From positions 620,001 through 684,000 of the forward strand of contig NW_027117340.1 in assembly GCF_038025025.1 (NCBI RefSeq): a DNA stretch of 64,000 bases, given 5' to 3'. The notes beneath the pieces are model-generated. The model saw only the letters and a program-made list of their open reading frames with translations, searched no databases and was not told the DNA's origin. Of this stretch, positions 12,580 to 23,835 are shown one piece after another. The translations under genes and the position numbers were made by a program. Positions within the stretch are counted from its first letter, which is position 1. Each line of letters begins with the position of its first letter. The stretch is from Phyllosticta citribraziliensis. Lineage: Eukaryota.

Positions 12580-14161
12580 TCAAATACGGTGTTTTTCGCT
12601 CTCTGAGGAGACGTTAGCAGCCTTAGGACAGCTTTCACTTCTTCTTGGACTCCTCACCAAGTCGAGAGTAGAGCATGTACAGGGCCATCTGGTTGCACTC
12701 CTGAGTACCGGTGATGGTGACCAGGCGCTCATTGCTGTTGTCTTGGGGCTCGTTAATCTTAATGACGCTGCCACTCAGCTGACGTATCTCATTGATCTTG
12801 GCGCCGCCCTTGCCAATGATCGCGCCGACCATGTCGTTGGGGATGAAGATTTGCTGAGTGATTGGCTGGCCAGGAATCATGCCCTGCATGGGCTGGGCAG
12901 GCTGACCAGCGTGGCTAGGCTGGGCGACGTGGGGGGCACCGTACTGCTGGGGCTGGTGCGGTCCAGCGCCGGTGTAGGCGTGACGTGGAGAGCCGGCTCC
13001 GTAGTGGACTGGTGCCTGCGGTTGCTGAGGGTACTGGCCGTGCATGGGCGCTCCACCGTAGCCACCGCCAGAGGGAGGGTTCCTCTGCGCCTGCGCCTTG
13101 TGGCGGAAGTTCTCTGGATGGCCCCAAGAACCGCCAGCAGGCTGTGGAACATAGGGGACGACCTGCATGCCACCAGGGACGACGCCAGCAGGACCACCAC
13201 TACGAGTCGCGTAGGCAGAAGCAGCCGGGCCTCCAAAGCGCTCAGTCAGCTGCTCGACAAGGGTGCTGCCAACGTAGTAGGTGGCAATGTGGACCGCATC
13301 AGCAACACCCAGGACAACCAGCGAACGCTCCGTGGAGAGGGGAAGGCAAGAGTCAGATGCATTGAGGCGAGCACCGGAGGCTTCTTGGATTTCGCGGATG
13401 CGGACACCACCCTTGCCGATGATGGAGCCAATGAGGATGTGCGGAATGAGGAGGCGCAGGGGATACGTCTTGGACTGCGGGGTTGAAGGAGAGTTGATGT
13501 CCTCGTTGTTCAGAGTTCGGATAATCAGACCAAAAGCCTGTGAGGTTCGGTTAGTTTACAGCCGCAACACCCCGACGTTGGTACACACCTTGGCAACGGC
13601 GTCAACGGGACCGCTGACGGTAAGGATGCGCTCGACGGCGCCCCGAGAATAGTCGCTGACAGTGCACTTAGCTCCAGACATGCGACGAATCTGCGTCACA
13701 TTCTCACCGCCCTTGCCAATGACAGTCGCAGCTTCGGCGCTGGAAATGATGGCACGGACGTGGAGCCAGTTCGACTCGTCTTGGTGGCCAATGCCGGAGC
13801 CTGCAGCAGAGCCGGGACCGTTGGTGGATGTGGTCAGGATGGGCTGCGTGTCCGGGAGGAGGCTCGGAACCGCCGTAGGAGCATCGGGAACCTCGGTGTC
13901 GCCTTGACCGTCCTTGGATGTGCCATTCTGAGAAACCGGAGCAGCTTCATCGGTCTCCGACTTGACCTCAGTGGACTCCAGCGTCGGAATAGCGGCCGGC
14001 TCAGGGGCCTCAGGAACAACGTCGTTTGCGTCTTCCTTGACGATCTTGTCCAAAGCGGGGCGTTTTGCGTCTGGCTGATCGCCCGGGCCAGATGGTGAAG
14101 AGGGCTCCTCCAAGGGGCGCTTCTGACTTGGCGCAGCCGTAGTCGTGGGAGAGGCAGACAT
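12580..14161 (-). CDS. Triple KH-domain RNA-binding protein (hnRNP K / Rnc1 / Pbp2-Hek2 family)
   Basis: Three GxxG KH loops: VIGKGGENV, IIGKGGVRI and IIGKGGAKI. The spliced C-terminus is YMLYSRL|ESEKHRI*. Introns at about 13539-13587 and 12605-12657, with a probable 5'-UTR intron ending at about 14172. Confidence 0.92.
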
Positions 14162-14888
14162 GTTTGTGCCCTGTTTTATCAAGTAAAGACTTTTTTTTCT
14201 TTTTGTGTTTCTTGTTCAGATCTTCAGAGGATCACCGCCAAGGACGAACACGGGATCAAACGCCGTGGGTCAAAGTCTCTCGTATTTGTTCTCGATTTAC
14301 GTACAGCAGGGGGCTGTCCAAGGAAAACTTGCTGGTGTAGGCGATCGGAACAATGGTGCTGGTGGAGGTGACGGAAAGGTGCAATGGAGTCGCCGGAATG
14401 GAGATGGTGCAGAGTGCGGTGGACGTGTAGTGCGGCGTGTGGAGAGGTGTATCGGGCGAGAGGAGCTCTCGGCGAGTGAATTGAAAGAGGTGCCAAGGAT
14501 GGTGAAGCGGCAGTATCGGGTAAGGTTGGATGAGGGATGCAGGGCCCGAAGATGATGGAGTAGTAGTGAACGCGCGCCCGTCAGAAGCAAACCTTGCAGC
14601 GTGCAGAGATGGAGGAATCCGAGCTCGCGAGCAACTGCGCCAGAGCGGCTTCCTGGGGAGAGGGCGGGATTAGGACAGAGGCGACCAGCGGCTGATGGCG
14701 CGAAGCAGGTGAAGCGGCGAGAGAAGGGGCGGTGGATGGAGGAGATGGGTTGGAGTGGACGTGGACGGGAGTGTCGTGTCGTGTCGTGGAGAGAGGAACA
14801 GGAAAGAAGCCGGCGCGACAGAAGACAGAAGCTGCGGGAATTGCGGATTAGCTGCGGAGCGCTAGCCTGAGCCGCCGATCCTCTTGGC

Positions 14889-14897
14889 TCACGTGAC
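14889..14897. promoter_or_regulatory. E-box / Cbf1-type bHLH site (GTCACGTGA) in the divergent promoter between the KH gene and the CENP-K-like gene
   Basis: TCACGTGAC at 14889-14897 matches RTCACRTG on the minus strand, about 200 bp upstream of ATG 15094. Function is inferred from the motif only. Confidence 0.35.
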
Positions 14898-15093
14898 GCA
14901 ATTAATCAGCGCCCAGACCTGACGCCTGCCCGGGCACTTCACCCGGAACACTGTCCAGCTTCCGGTGTTTGGCTAGGTCCAGTACTTACATCGACTCTCT
15001 ATTTTCATTTGCAAACGAGACACGTCGGGCACCAACCTTCACTCATCCCTTTCGTCCAACTTGACGCGTCAATTGCAACCCTGTCTAGCCCTC

Positions 15094-16216
15094 ATGGCTT
15101 CCAGTCAGGCCGACGAGCTACCAAACATACGGCAGTATGCCTCGGATGCACATCGCTCCCTCCAGCATGCAGTCGAACCGAGGCAATCCGACCTGGAGGC
15201 CTTTGAAGCCCGCCTGGATCAGACCGTCCAGGAGCTTCGGGAGCGCGTCCAAGACCAAGAACGCGCCTTGCAAGAGGTATTACAGAGCCGGTTCGACGTC
15301 GACGTTTTGCGACTGCTGACCCCAGGCCCAGCTTCGCCAGTCTCGCGCATCGAATGCGCATTTTCGCTCCGGGGATCCTAAAACGCAGCTCCAACAACTG
15401 CGGGTCCTGAAGGACGCCTACGACAGCTTGACGTCACTCGAGCCGGACCTGCCCAGCCCATCTTCTGCGCTGCCACCATTGCTCGCAGTGCGCATCACCC
15501 AACAGGGCATCAAGGATACCAAAGAGGCTATCCAAGACTCACGGGAGCAACTGGCAAGCACGCAGCGCCAGCTTGAATGCGAAGAGAGCAACCTTCGTGA
15601 CGCCAATGCCATTACCAAAAGTCTGGAAAGTCGGATCGACCACCTCCAAATCGAAGACTCTCAGACCTCGACGTGGTCTCCATCTCAAGTCGCCCAAGAC
15701 ATGTTGACTGCCGTGCACAAGCGCAAGGAAGCTTATGGATCCGAGACTGACAGGCTCCGAACCGCTCTTGAAAGCTTTACCAATGGCCTGTTGGCGCCCT
15801 TGGTAGCGGCCGAAGAGTTGGGAGGACCAATTGTCGGCGATCTCCTGAGTGTTGATGATGAAATGCTGGCGGCTGGCTTTTCTCACCAAGGCAAGCCGAA
15901 GCCGTTGAAGCAAGGACAGGGCGTAGAGGACAAGAGGCAAAGGCGCCTCGAGGACGTTTGGGGCATGGGAACCGGGACTGATTCAACGCTGTTGTCCTCG
16001 GAAAGAGAGGCAGCCGCTCGTGAAATCCAATATCTCCTCCAGAGTCTCTATGACGCCAGGATTGGCCAGACCAGCGGAGGTGAGTACGTAGTCTTGGAGC
16101 GCGATTCCGCAGCAGCGCGTTTCCTCGTCCGGGCCAAGGTCGCGCAGTTGCATCCAAAGGATGCTCGCCGAATGCGCTTGGTCGACTTTGGAAGGGACCT
16201 GGAACAGATCAAGTAG
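15094..16216 (+). CDS. Coiled-coil kinetochore protein, probably CENP-K (Sim4/Mcm22) family; one intron at about 15277-15331
   Basis: Two ORF pieces join in frame across GTATTA...CTGAC...CAG. Heptad-rich N-terminus. C-terminal motifs LAPLVAAEELGGPIVG and ERDSAAARFLVRAKVAQLHPKDARRMRLVDFG are recalled from fungal CENP-K-like proteins. Confidence 0.7.
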
Positions 16217-16616
16217 AAAAACGCATGTTGCCTTTTAAAATCACTGTGCTCGACCGCAGTCAATGCTGACACAGTGGGTGTCGACTGAAATGAGACCTGG
16301 ATCTAGCTGCTGGATGGGACAAACGACAGTTCCCTGAGAAGGCGCAACCGTAACAGCGGATGATTGCTCCCTACGTGCAACCGCAGTGCTAGGAACTCTG
16401 ATTTCTTTTGACACGTCTTCTGCTGCCCGGTGGCCGCTTGGTGAAGGCATCCGCTGCGCTCCTGGTTGGCGAGAGGTCGGTCGGGCTTGGCATCCCTCCG
16501 TGGAAAGGTTTAGCCGACGCCCGCACAAGAATATTCGCTAAACGCAACGCCCATCTTCGGCCGCAGACAACGACATCGAAAGCCAACCACGACGCTGCAC
16601 CAGCAACACAGTCGCC

Positions 16617-17072
16617 ATGGCCAGTGAGTCCAGCCCTTCCGATTTTGCCTGCGCTCAATGCTAAAAGCTCTGCAGAGTCAAAGAACTCGTCTCAGCACAA
16701 CCAGTCCAAGAAGGCCCACAAGAACGGGTACGCCCTGCCCCGAACCCGCCGCGTTTCCTAGGACGACACCGCGACTCGCCCAAGTTGCACTTGGCAATCG
16801 TGCGAAAGCTTTGGAACGAACCGATGGCTGACTCTGGTGGACAAACAGCATCAAGAAGCCTAAGACCCACCGCTACCCTTCGCTCAAGGGCGTCGACCCC
16901 AAGTTCAGGAGGAACCACAGGCATGCGCTGCACGGCACCATGAGGGCCCTGGTGCGTACACCCCCGATCCACGACAAGACCCGAACAAGATTCCTGGCGA
17001 GAGCGGACCCGCTGACATGACATTGCGACAACACAGAAGGAGGTCAAGGAGGGCAAGCGCGAGTCGGCATAA
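16617..17072 (+). CDS. RPL29: 60S ribosomal protein L29 (eL29); exons 16617-16623, 16676-16727, 16849-16951, 17037-17072
   Basis: The spliced product is [65 protein letters not shown]. All introns are GT-AG. The gene is absent from the ORF track as a unit. Confidence 0.97.
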
Positions 17073-19605
17073 ACGGGGCGCAGGCGATCAGAACACGACG
17101 TTTCTTCGGACAAACGGTTATCATGGCACGACGGTCTGAATGACTGGCGTTTCTGAGTTGGTCACACTCGGTGCAGCCTGTTCTGGAAAGAAAAAAATGG
17201 AATGGCTTTCGATCCCGAACCGTAGCGATTACCACGATTCCCTTTGCGTGTTCACCCACCCGCCCATCCGGATCCCTTATGCTCCATGTCCCCGGGAATG
17301 CGTAAAAGTCGGCGGTCCGGTCTAGTTGAAAGAGGCCTGGAGAGTTTTGAAATTCGTTTCAACGGCATTAGTGTGTACAGCTCCGCGCGCTTCCATGCAC
17401 GATAGCTGAAGGATTTATCTTCGTGCCAAGATTCACTGCCCTTTTGATACCAAACGTCTGACCTCTTTATGATGAGGCTTGGGCGCATGGACATGGGGCT
17501 ACATGCCAGAAACATGAATTTTAGTCAAAAGAAGGACAATGAAGAGAGATTTGTTCAGACCGGATATTTCGAATGTGTTGTGTGCTAACGTAATGCCAGC
17601 ACGTGAGGTCATCTCCGTCACTCTCTACCCGGATCTTGATTGACATGAGGATGGCTCTGCTGTTGCTAGATAGCGCAGGATCCACTTAGCTTCATGCGCT
17701 CGTGGATCAGCTTAGCAAACACTTTCGACAGACCACAGCCACAATCAACATGCTGCCCTTACGTCTGCTGGCTTGAATACATTATCACACAGAAACCTAG
17801 CTCCAAGCACGTCCAAATTCATGCCCTTTTGAGACAAGCACAACGTATCTAAAATACCCTTCGCTTTCACGCCTAATGGCATTTCCAACATCGGTCGCTG
17901 CACATGAGACCTTTCCAGCACAGCGCATCCTTTAGATACACGTATTCATAACGCAATGAGAAGGAACCGCACTCAAGGAATAGCGCCGAGCGCATAAGGG
18001 GTTTGCACCAGGATTGTACGGTACTGCGAACAGAGGAAAAGAAACGATGCTGCCGGCGCACCAATCCAATGCACTCCTGCTGGCCTGACTTCAAAACAAG
18101 AAGAAGCGACGGCGGAGCTCGTCAGTGACGACATCGAGCGAGAATGCGCCAGGTGACTGTCTTCACTCCAGTCCGGGTCTCTTCAGGTGCGATGTCATTC
18201 TCTAGCTTTCCATGCTCGTAAGGTGCTCCAGTCCCCATATATGAAGGCTGCCCATAAGTACTACCCACTGGGAGGGGTACCCGCGAGTACTTTCCGTTGC
18301 TTTTCCATCACCTGAAATTTTCAAGTGCGGAGCTTTGAGACTCGTAAGTATGTAATGAAGTGTTCTGACTAGCGCTGCTCATTTGCTCGCGTATATACGC
18401 TTCTCTGTTACTCACGCAAGGCTACGTTCGTGCTTCAGGCCGTACTGTCGTTATCACCGCTTGTGCCGCCTCTGTTGTTGAAGTGAAGAAGGAGATCCTG
18501 CAGTCGCTTGTGGTCAAGTCTACTTTACGGCTTGCAGCAAAACCGATACACATGCAGTTCACGCGTCCAGAGAATTGCCTCATCCGCTTCATTTTACACT
18601 GGCGTTACATGTGGTCCTGCCAAGGTGAATGAGTGCATGAGTAATTGGTTAGACACTGAGGAAGGGGAAGCAAGTCCCAGCCATGCGGCATGGTGGTTCG
18701 CGAAGGCCAAAAATTGCGTGATTCGACATACGAAGAGGCGAATGGCGTTGCGAGTGGGACTGGCGCCGTTCGTCGGTATTCACGCCCGTAGATGATGTGG
18801 AAGGGGCAAGATGGTGTTTGCATCTTGAAGCAGAGGGCCGTGGTTGTGGTTTTGCTTGATTGCGCGACCAGCTGAGTCGCATGCAGTTTTCTACCCGCAC
18901 TTCATTTACTTGACCTTGATGCGAGGCTTGAGAATCGATCCTCGCTGGAGTTTTGCTGTTTTCCTCCAACTGCATCATTTCGTTGCAGTGGACCATGACG
19001 ACGGGAGGCCAGAGTCTTCAGACTTTGAGGAGAAGAATGAGACGAACGTCGGACATTCGAATGATGCCCACCTGCCCTAATAGAGTCCGGGATTTTCTTT
19101 CTCGGAAATTCCCTCCTACACGGCAGTATAAGCTGCAAGTACGACATTTCGGCTGAGTCTGGCCGTGGGTGACTGTCAGAAGGGAAGCCACCACTCACTT
19201 GTGGAAGTCGCGCTGCGCTCCATCTTCCACCTGCTTCGCCAACACCCACACCCACACCCACTCACCTCGAGCCTTCGGGGCTCTCAGTAGGGCATTCAAT
19301 CAGCGGGAACCCACGAACGCTCGCTCCTCCGAATTGCAACCCGCCACTTCTCTCGCTCTTTTTGACAACAAGCCCAGCACAATCGCAAAGTCGACAATCG
19401 ATTCTCCCTCCGGTGACCGCCACGGACTGGTAGCCGCCCGCAACGTCTTCTTGATATCGGAGGCAGTTGCCTCTCAACTCGCTCTGTGCCCTTGTCTTCT
19501 TCCTTTGCCAACTTGAGGTGCTCCACAACCAGTCTTCAGCACGCCACCCGCGCACCATCAACACCTTTTCTCCATCTACCACGGCGAAAGGCCGATCCAA
19601 ACACC

Positions 19606-21773
19606 ATGGCCGACATCCAACAATGGATGCGCAAGACAATGATGCAGCCGACTCGCTCGCGTACGCCCTCCCTGGTACCGCCAACGCCATCCGACCTTCC
19701 CCTTCGCAACGCGGTCGACGGGCGGTCGACAACGTCCGCGTTCGACTCCAGCACCCCTATGACATCCGGACTATGGTCAGCTCGAGCAGCAACCGGAGGA
19801 GCGGGCCCTCGAAAGAAAATCTCGTCGTACTTTTCGGGCAACCCAATCAACACGGTTAGCAGGGTCAGTAGCATGAGGAGCAGTCCAAGCAGCAAAGCTC
19901 CAACCCCCGAGGACGCGTACGCATGGGATTTTGACGACGACGACCTGGGTACTACTGCGATTGGCGGTGGCAGTGGTGATGGCTTGGCCTTGGAGGCGGC
20001 GCTCGACGCGATTCACCACACGCTCTGCCAAAACCCGTTCGAGGGCCTACCCGTCGGCATGAACAAGAGTGTACTAGCGCTCGTCGAGTGGTGTCGCAAG
20101 ACAGCTGTGGAGAAAGAACAGCAGGAAGAGAGAATCGAGGCACTGACGGAGAAACTGCGAGAGACGGAAAAGAGAGAACAAGAAGAAATGGCAGTGTACA
20201 AGGCTGAAATCAAGAGGCTGGAGCTTATCATTGCCAACGGTCACAATGGCATGTCAAGGCTGATGGCTTCGAGACAGGACAGTGTGCTGGGACGGAGGGG
20301 TAACAGAAGGCGCACTGGTGATGGACAGAGACTTGAAAAGTTGACGGGTGACGGAAGACATCCCCGTGCCAAAACCGAAGGTGACGGTAAGCAAAAAGAC
20401 GGCAGAACTCTCTCCCCGCCTCAGCAGCGAAGGCACTGGTCTGGCAGCTAACGACCATCATAGCAGGTGCCCCAATTCCCGTCATTTCGCCTTGGAGCAA
20501 AGAGGCCTTGCTCTCAAGACATCTGTCACTCATTGGCCCCCGGGAGATTCCGGTGGGCACTCCACCTCAGGGACAAGCTGAAAATCATCTCGGCTCCCAT
20601 TCGCCACAGTTGGACAATGAACCTGGGCTGGATTCGGAAGGTGATAAACTGCCTCTGAACGATTGATATTGAAGACACTACTGACAATGAGGAAAAGGAC
20701 GCGACTTTTCAAGGATCAAGGAGATAGCAACGGCCGTTTGCATTCACCGTGGCTTGAAACCAGAAGGCGTACTCCCTAGGCTCGTTGCCTTTTTCGACAA
20801 TGCAGACGAACGGATCGGGGTAGACAGCAACGAAAGGAAGGCTCCTGACAGCGAGGAAGGGGAGAAACCAAACGCGAAGACTGCAACGCGACCTCCATCT
20901 TGGGCGCCCGGAGATGATGCTACAGTCCAGGGTGAGGCGCGGGCGAGTACGGAGTCACAGGATGATGGCGATCGTCGGCGTCGCCCAAGGCAAACATGCG
21001 AAGTGTCGCAGACTAGGCGCGGCAGCGTCACTAGCGACCTGTCCATCAGCAGCTCGGAAGAAACGGGAGCAAAGGATGAAGGGCACAGCGTGCGGGCGCC
21101 GATCAAGACCAAAATACCCAGTCCCTGTCCGGAGGTTGGTTTTGGGGCACACAGGCGCCAAGGGGACCGCTCGCCGGGAGTCGACAGCGGTAGCCCGACG
21201 ATGATGGGCCGTCGGCCGGAGAGCAGTTGGAGTAGTGAGATGGTGCCGCTCCTCTCGTCTAGTGTCAGTTCGCACCGGACGGCCTTCCGGCGGAGTAGTG
21301 ATGGTTTCGACTACTACGGCAGCAGCGGCGCGGCAGCAACGAGGACAGCGGGCCGGCACGCCAACCAGAGGGCGCAAAAGGCAATGGCTGATTCCCGTCC
21401 TGCGTCGAAGTCGTTTAGCGGGGGAGGCTATCCTCTAGCAGCAGTGGCAGCGTCTGACACGGTCAAAAGCAAAGCGAGGATTTCGCCGCGGTCGGCGGCT
21501 AGGACGACGAGTGGAAGTGGCGGTCACAACAATGTGACTGCGGTGACGAAGCAAAAGGCCAATGTCAAGGAGAACGAGGCGGGCACGACGGGGGCAATTG
21601 GCGGCGGCAGTCACAACAGAGGAACAGCAGCAGCAGCAGTGGGATGTGGTGAAAAGAAGAAGATTGCGCGGGCCGAGAGCAGCAGGGATGTGGTGGTGGA
21701 GCGCAGGGCTTCTCAGGCCCAGGCGAGCAGCAGCAGCAGAAGGATGGGCCAGCAGCAACGGCGGGAAAAGTAA
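19606..21773 (+). CDS. Hypothetical protein with a central coiled coil and a long disordered Ser/Arg-rich C-terminus; predicted introns 20387-20466 and 20641-20697
   Basis: Strong ACACCATGG start context. The 321-aa and 339-aa ORFs join in frame through two introns with branch sites. Coiled-coil segment YKAEIKRLELIIA. Confidence 0.7.
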
Positions 21774-22956
21774 ATTTTGCTGGTGGCGGATTTGACAATT
21801 GCATGGGGTGCGTCTAGGCGGCGGGCGCAGTGTGGCATGGGGAAACGCGAGTGAATGCATGCAGGGATGGCGTTGACAGGGCCGAGACGGGTTTGAATTG
21901 ATGGGGAAATTTTCTGTAGGTCTGTCGGAGTGCCTTGGGCTCTCTGGAAAAATAAAAAAAAATAAAAAAATAAAAAAGGACAGCACGGTTGGCATGATGG
22001 CGGCGGGCGGGTTGAAACAGGGCGTTTGATTTGACAGCGAGCGAGTGGCTGTGGTCGGGGCGTTGGTGGACTCGAGTTGCACCAAAGCGTGGTTGGGAAT
22101 GTGCGATGCAGTAGGTGGCGATCGATCGATTGCGGATGTTTGTCGAAGTCGGTCGGAGAGGGAGAGTGTCTCAGGCTCGCCCAGGTCCGTGTCAGGGCGG
22201 GCACGTGAGAAGGTGGTGGTGGTGGTGGTGCAGAACCGAAGGGGAAGAGCAGGCGTTGGCGAAGATAGGTACAGCAGACCTAGGATGGTTGCGCAGGCGG
22301 CAGAGGAAACGGCTAGCGGACAGAGATTGCAGGGACAGGGACAGGGACCGGGACAAGGCGAAGGCGAAGGCGAAGGCATGGTGAACGAGTGTAGATAGAA
22401 GTAGTTACGCGGCGGGCGGATGGTGTTTGGGCGAAAATGGCGAAAGAGTGACGGATGTGAGGTGGGTTTGTTTGGGGGGGAGCGGTGGGCGTCTTTGGCG
22501 ACGTCCGTGGGAGCTTGGGCACCTCAGTGTGGGCACGAGCAGCAGCAGCGCAGCGCAGGTCCACAATGACCACACAGCACAGACACAGCGGAGGGACGGG
22601 AGTTGCATCATGGCCGAGAGGTGCCGTGCGCTCAAGCGAAGTTACATCGCGCCCGCAAAGAGTCGACGAAGACGGGACCCCCACAAGGAGGAGGACCGGA
22701 AGGGAGCACGAAAGCTGTCTGTGGTGGCACGGGGCTAGAGTCAGAGGCCGAGGGTGTCCATCAGTGTCTGTCTTTCTTTGGAGATGTGGCGACGGGGCGA
22801 CGGTTACCGGTGGCCAGAGTACAAACGCGTCAGCTCCACCTACATGTACATGGAGCCAGTGGAGTGCCGTTCAATCGTGGCGTTTCCCTGAGGTGTCAGG
22901 TCGGGTCGGCCGGGGGTCAGCTCACGGGGCGTGGCGCATTACTGCGATGCGATGCC

Positions 22957-22987
22957 TGTGAGGTGTGAGGTGTGAGGTGTGAGGTGT
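22957..22987. repeat. Heptamer tandem repeat (GTGAGGT) x about 4
   Basis: Read directly: tgtgaggtgtgaggtgtgaggtgtgaggtgt. Confidence 0.85.
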
Positions 22988-23375
22988 TGACATGGCCGCC
23001 TCAGATTCGGCAGCGCGGGAGCACCAGCCACAATTTGGTTTTTTATTTTCCTTTTTCCCTTTTTCCTTTTTTTTTTTCTTTCGTTGTTCTTCCCTCGTCC
23101 CTTGTCGCTTCTCGTTGTCCCAGCCCAGCCCAGCCCAGACTCAGGCTCACAGTCCGCCAGCACCACAGACGCCGTTTTGACGGAGTCCCCCTCCCGTCGA
23201 TGCAGGGGCAATGGGGCATGAGGGATGGCGCGCCTGCCGACGTCATTGTCATCTCCGCAACTGTCACTGGGCCCACCAGCCCGCCAGCCGCACTGTGTGT
23301 CGACAACAACAAAAGAATCGCAAAGCGTCGGCCGGCCGCGGCACAGAGAGAGCGCGTCGTTTGCTAGGCGCGTGT

Positions 23376-23393
23376 GCATTGGCATTGGCATTG

Positions 23394-23448
<55 letters not shown>

Positions 23449-23453
23449 CTCTG
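23376..23453. repeat. Compound hexamer microsatellite (ATTGGC)3 then (TCTGGC) x about 9, upstream of the Grainyhead gene
   Basis: Read directly from the sequence. Confidence 0.92.
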
Positions 23454-23835
23454 CTCTTAGCGGCGGGATTGAGGGATCAGGGAAGCTCATGTGGCGGCTG
23501 TTCCGTTGGAGCCTCCGCTGGGCACACACATGGATCAGGGATCATGCATCCCTCCCCTCTGCTCTCTCACTGCACTGGAGCTGCACACCACCGGCCAAAG
23601 CGCCCAAGCACCATAAGCATAAGTCCTGGTGGTGCTCCTCATAAACCCTCGCCGACACCGCCACAGCCTTGCACCAGCCGCGCTAGAAACATCATCACCT
23701 ACTACCTCCACCTACCTACCTACCTACCTGCCTACCTACCCACCTTGCCTTGCTTCACCTCTCCGCCCACTACTCCTCCTCGACCTGCATGTTCACCTCT
23801 TCCTGACTGCGAGCACCGCCCGCGCCCACGAAGAA

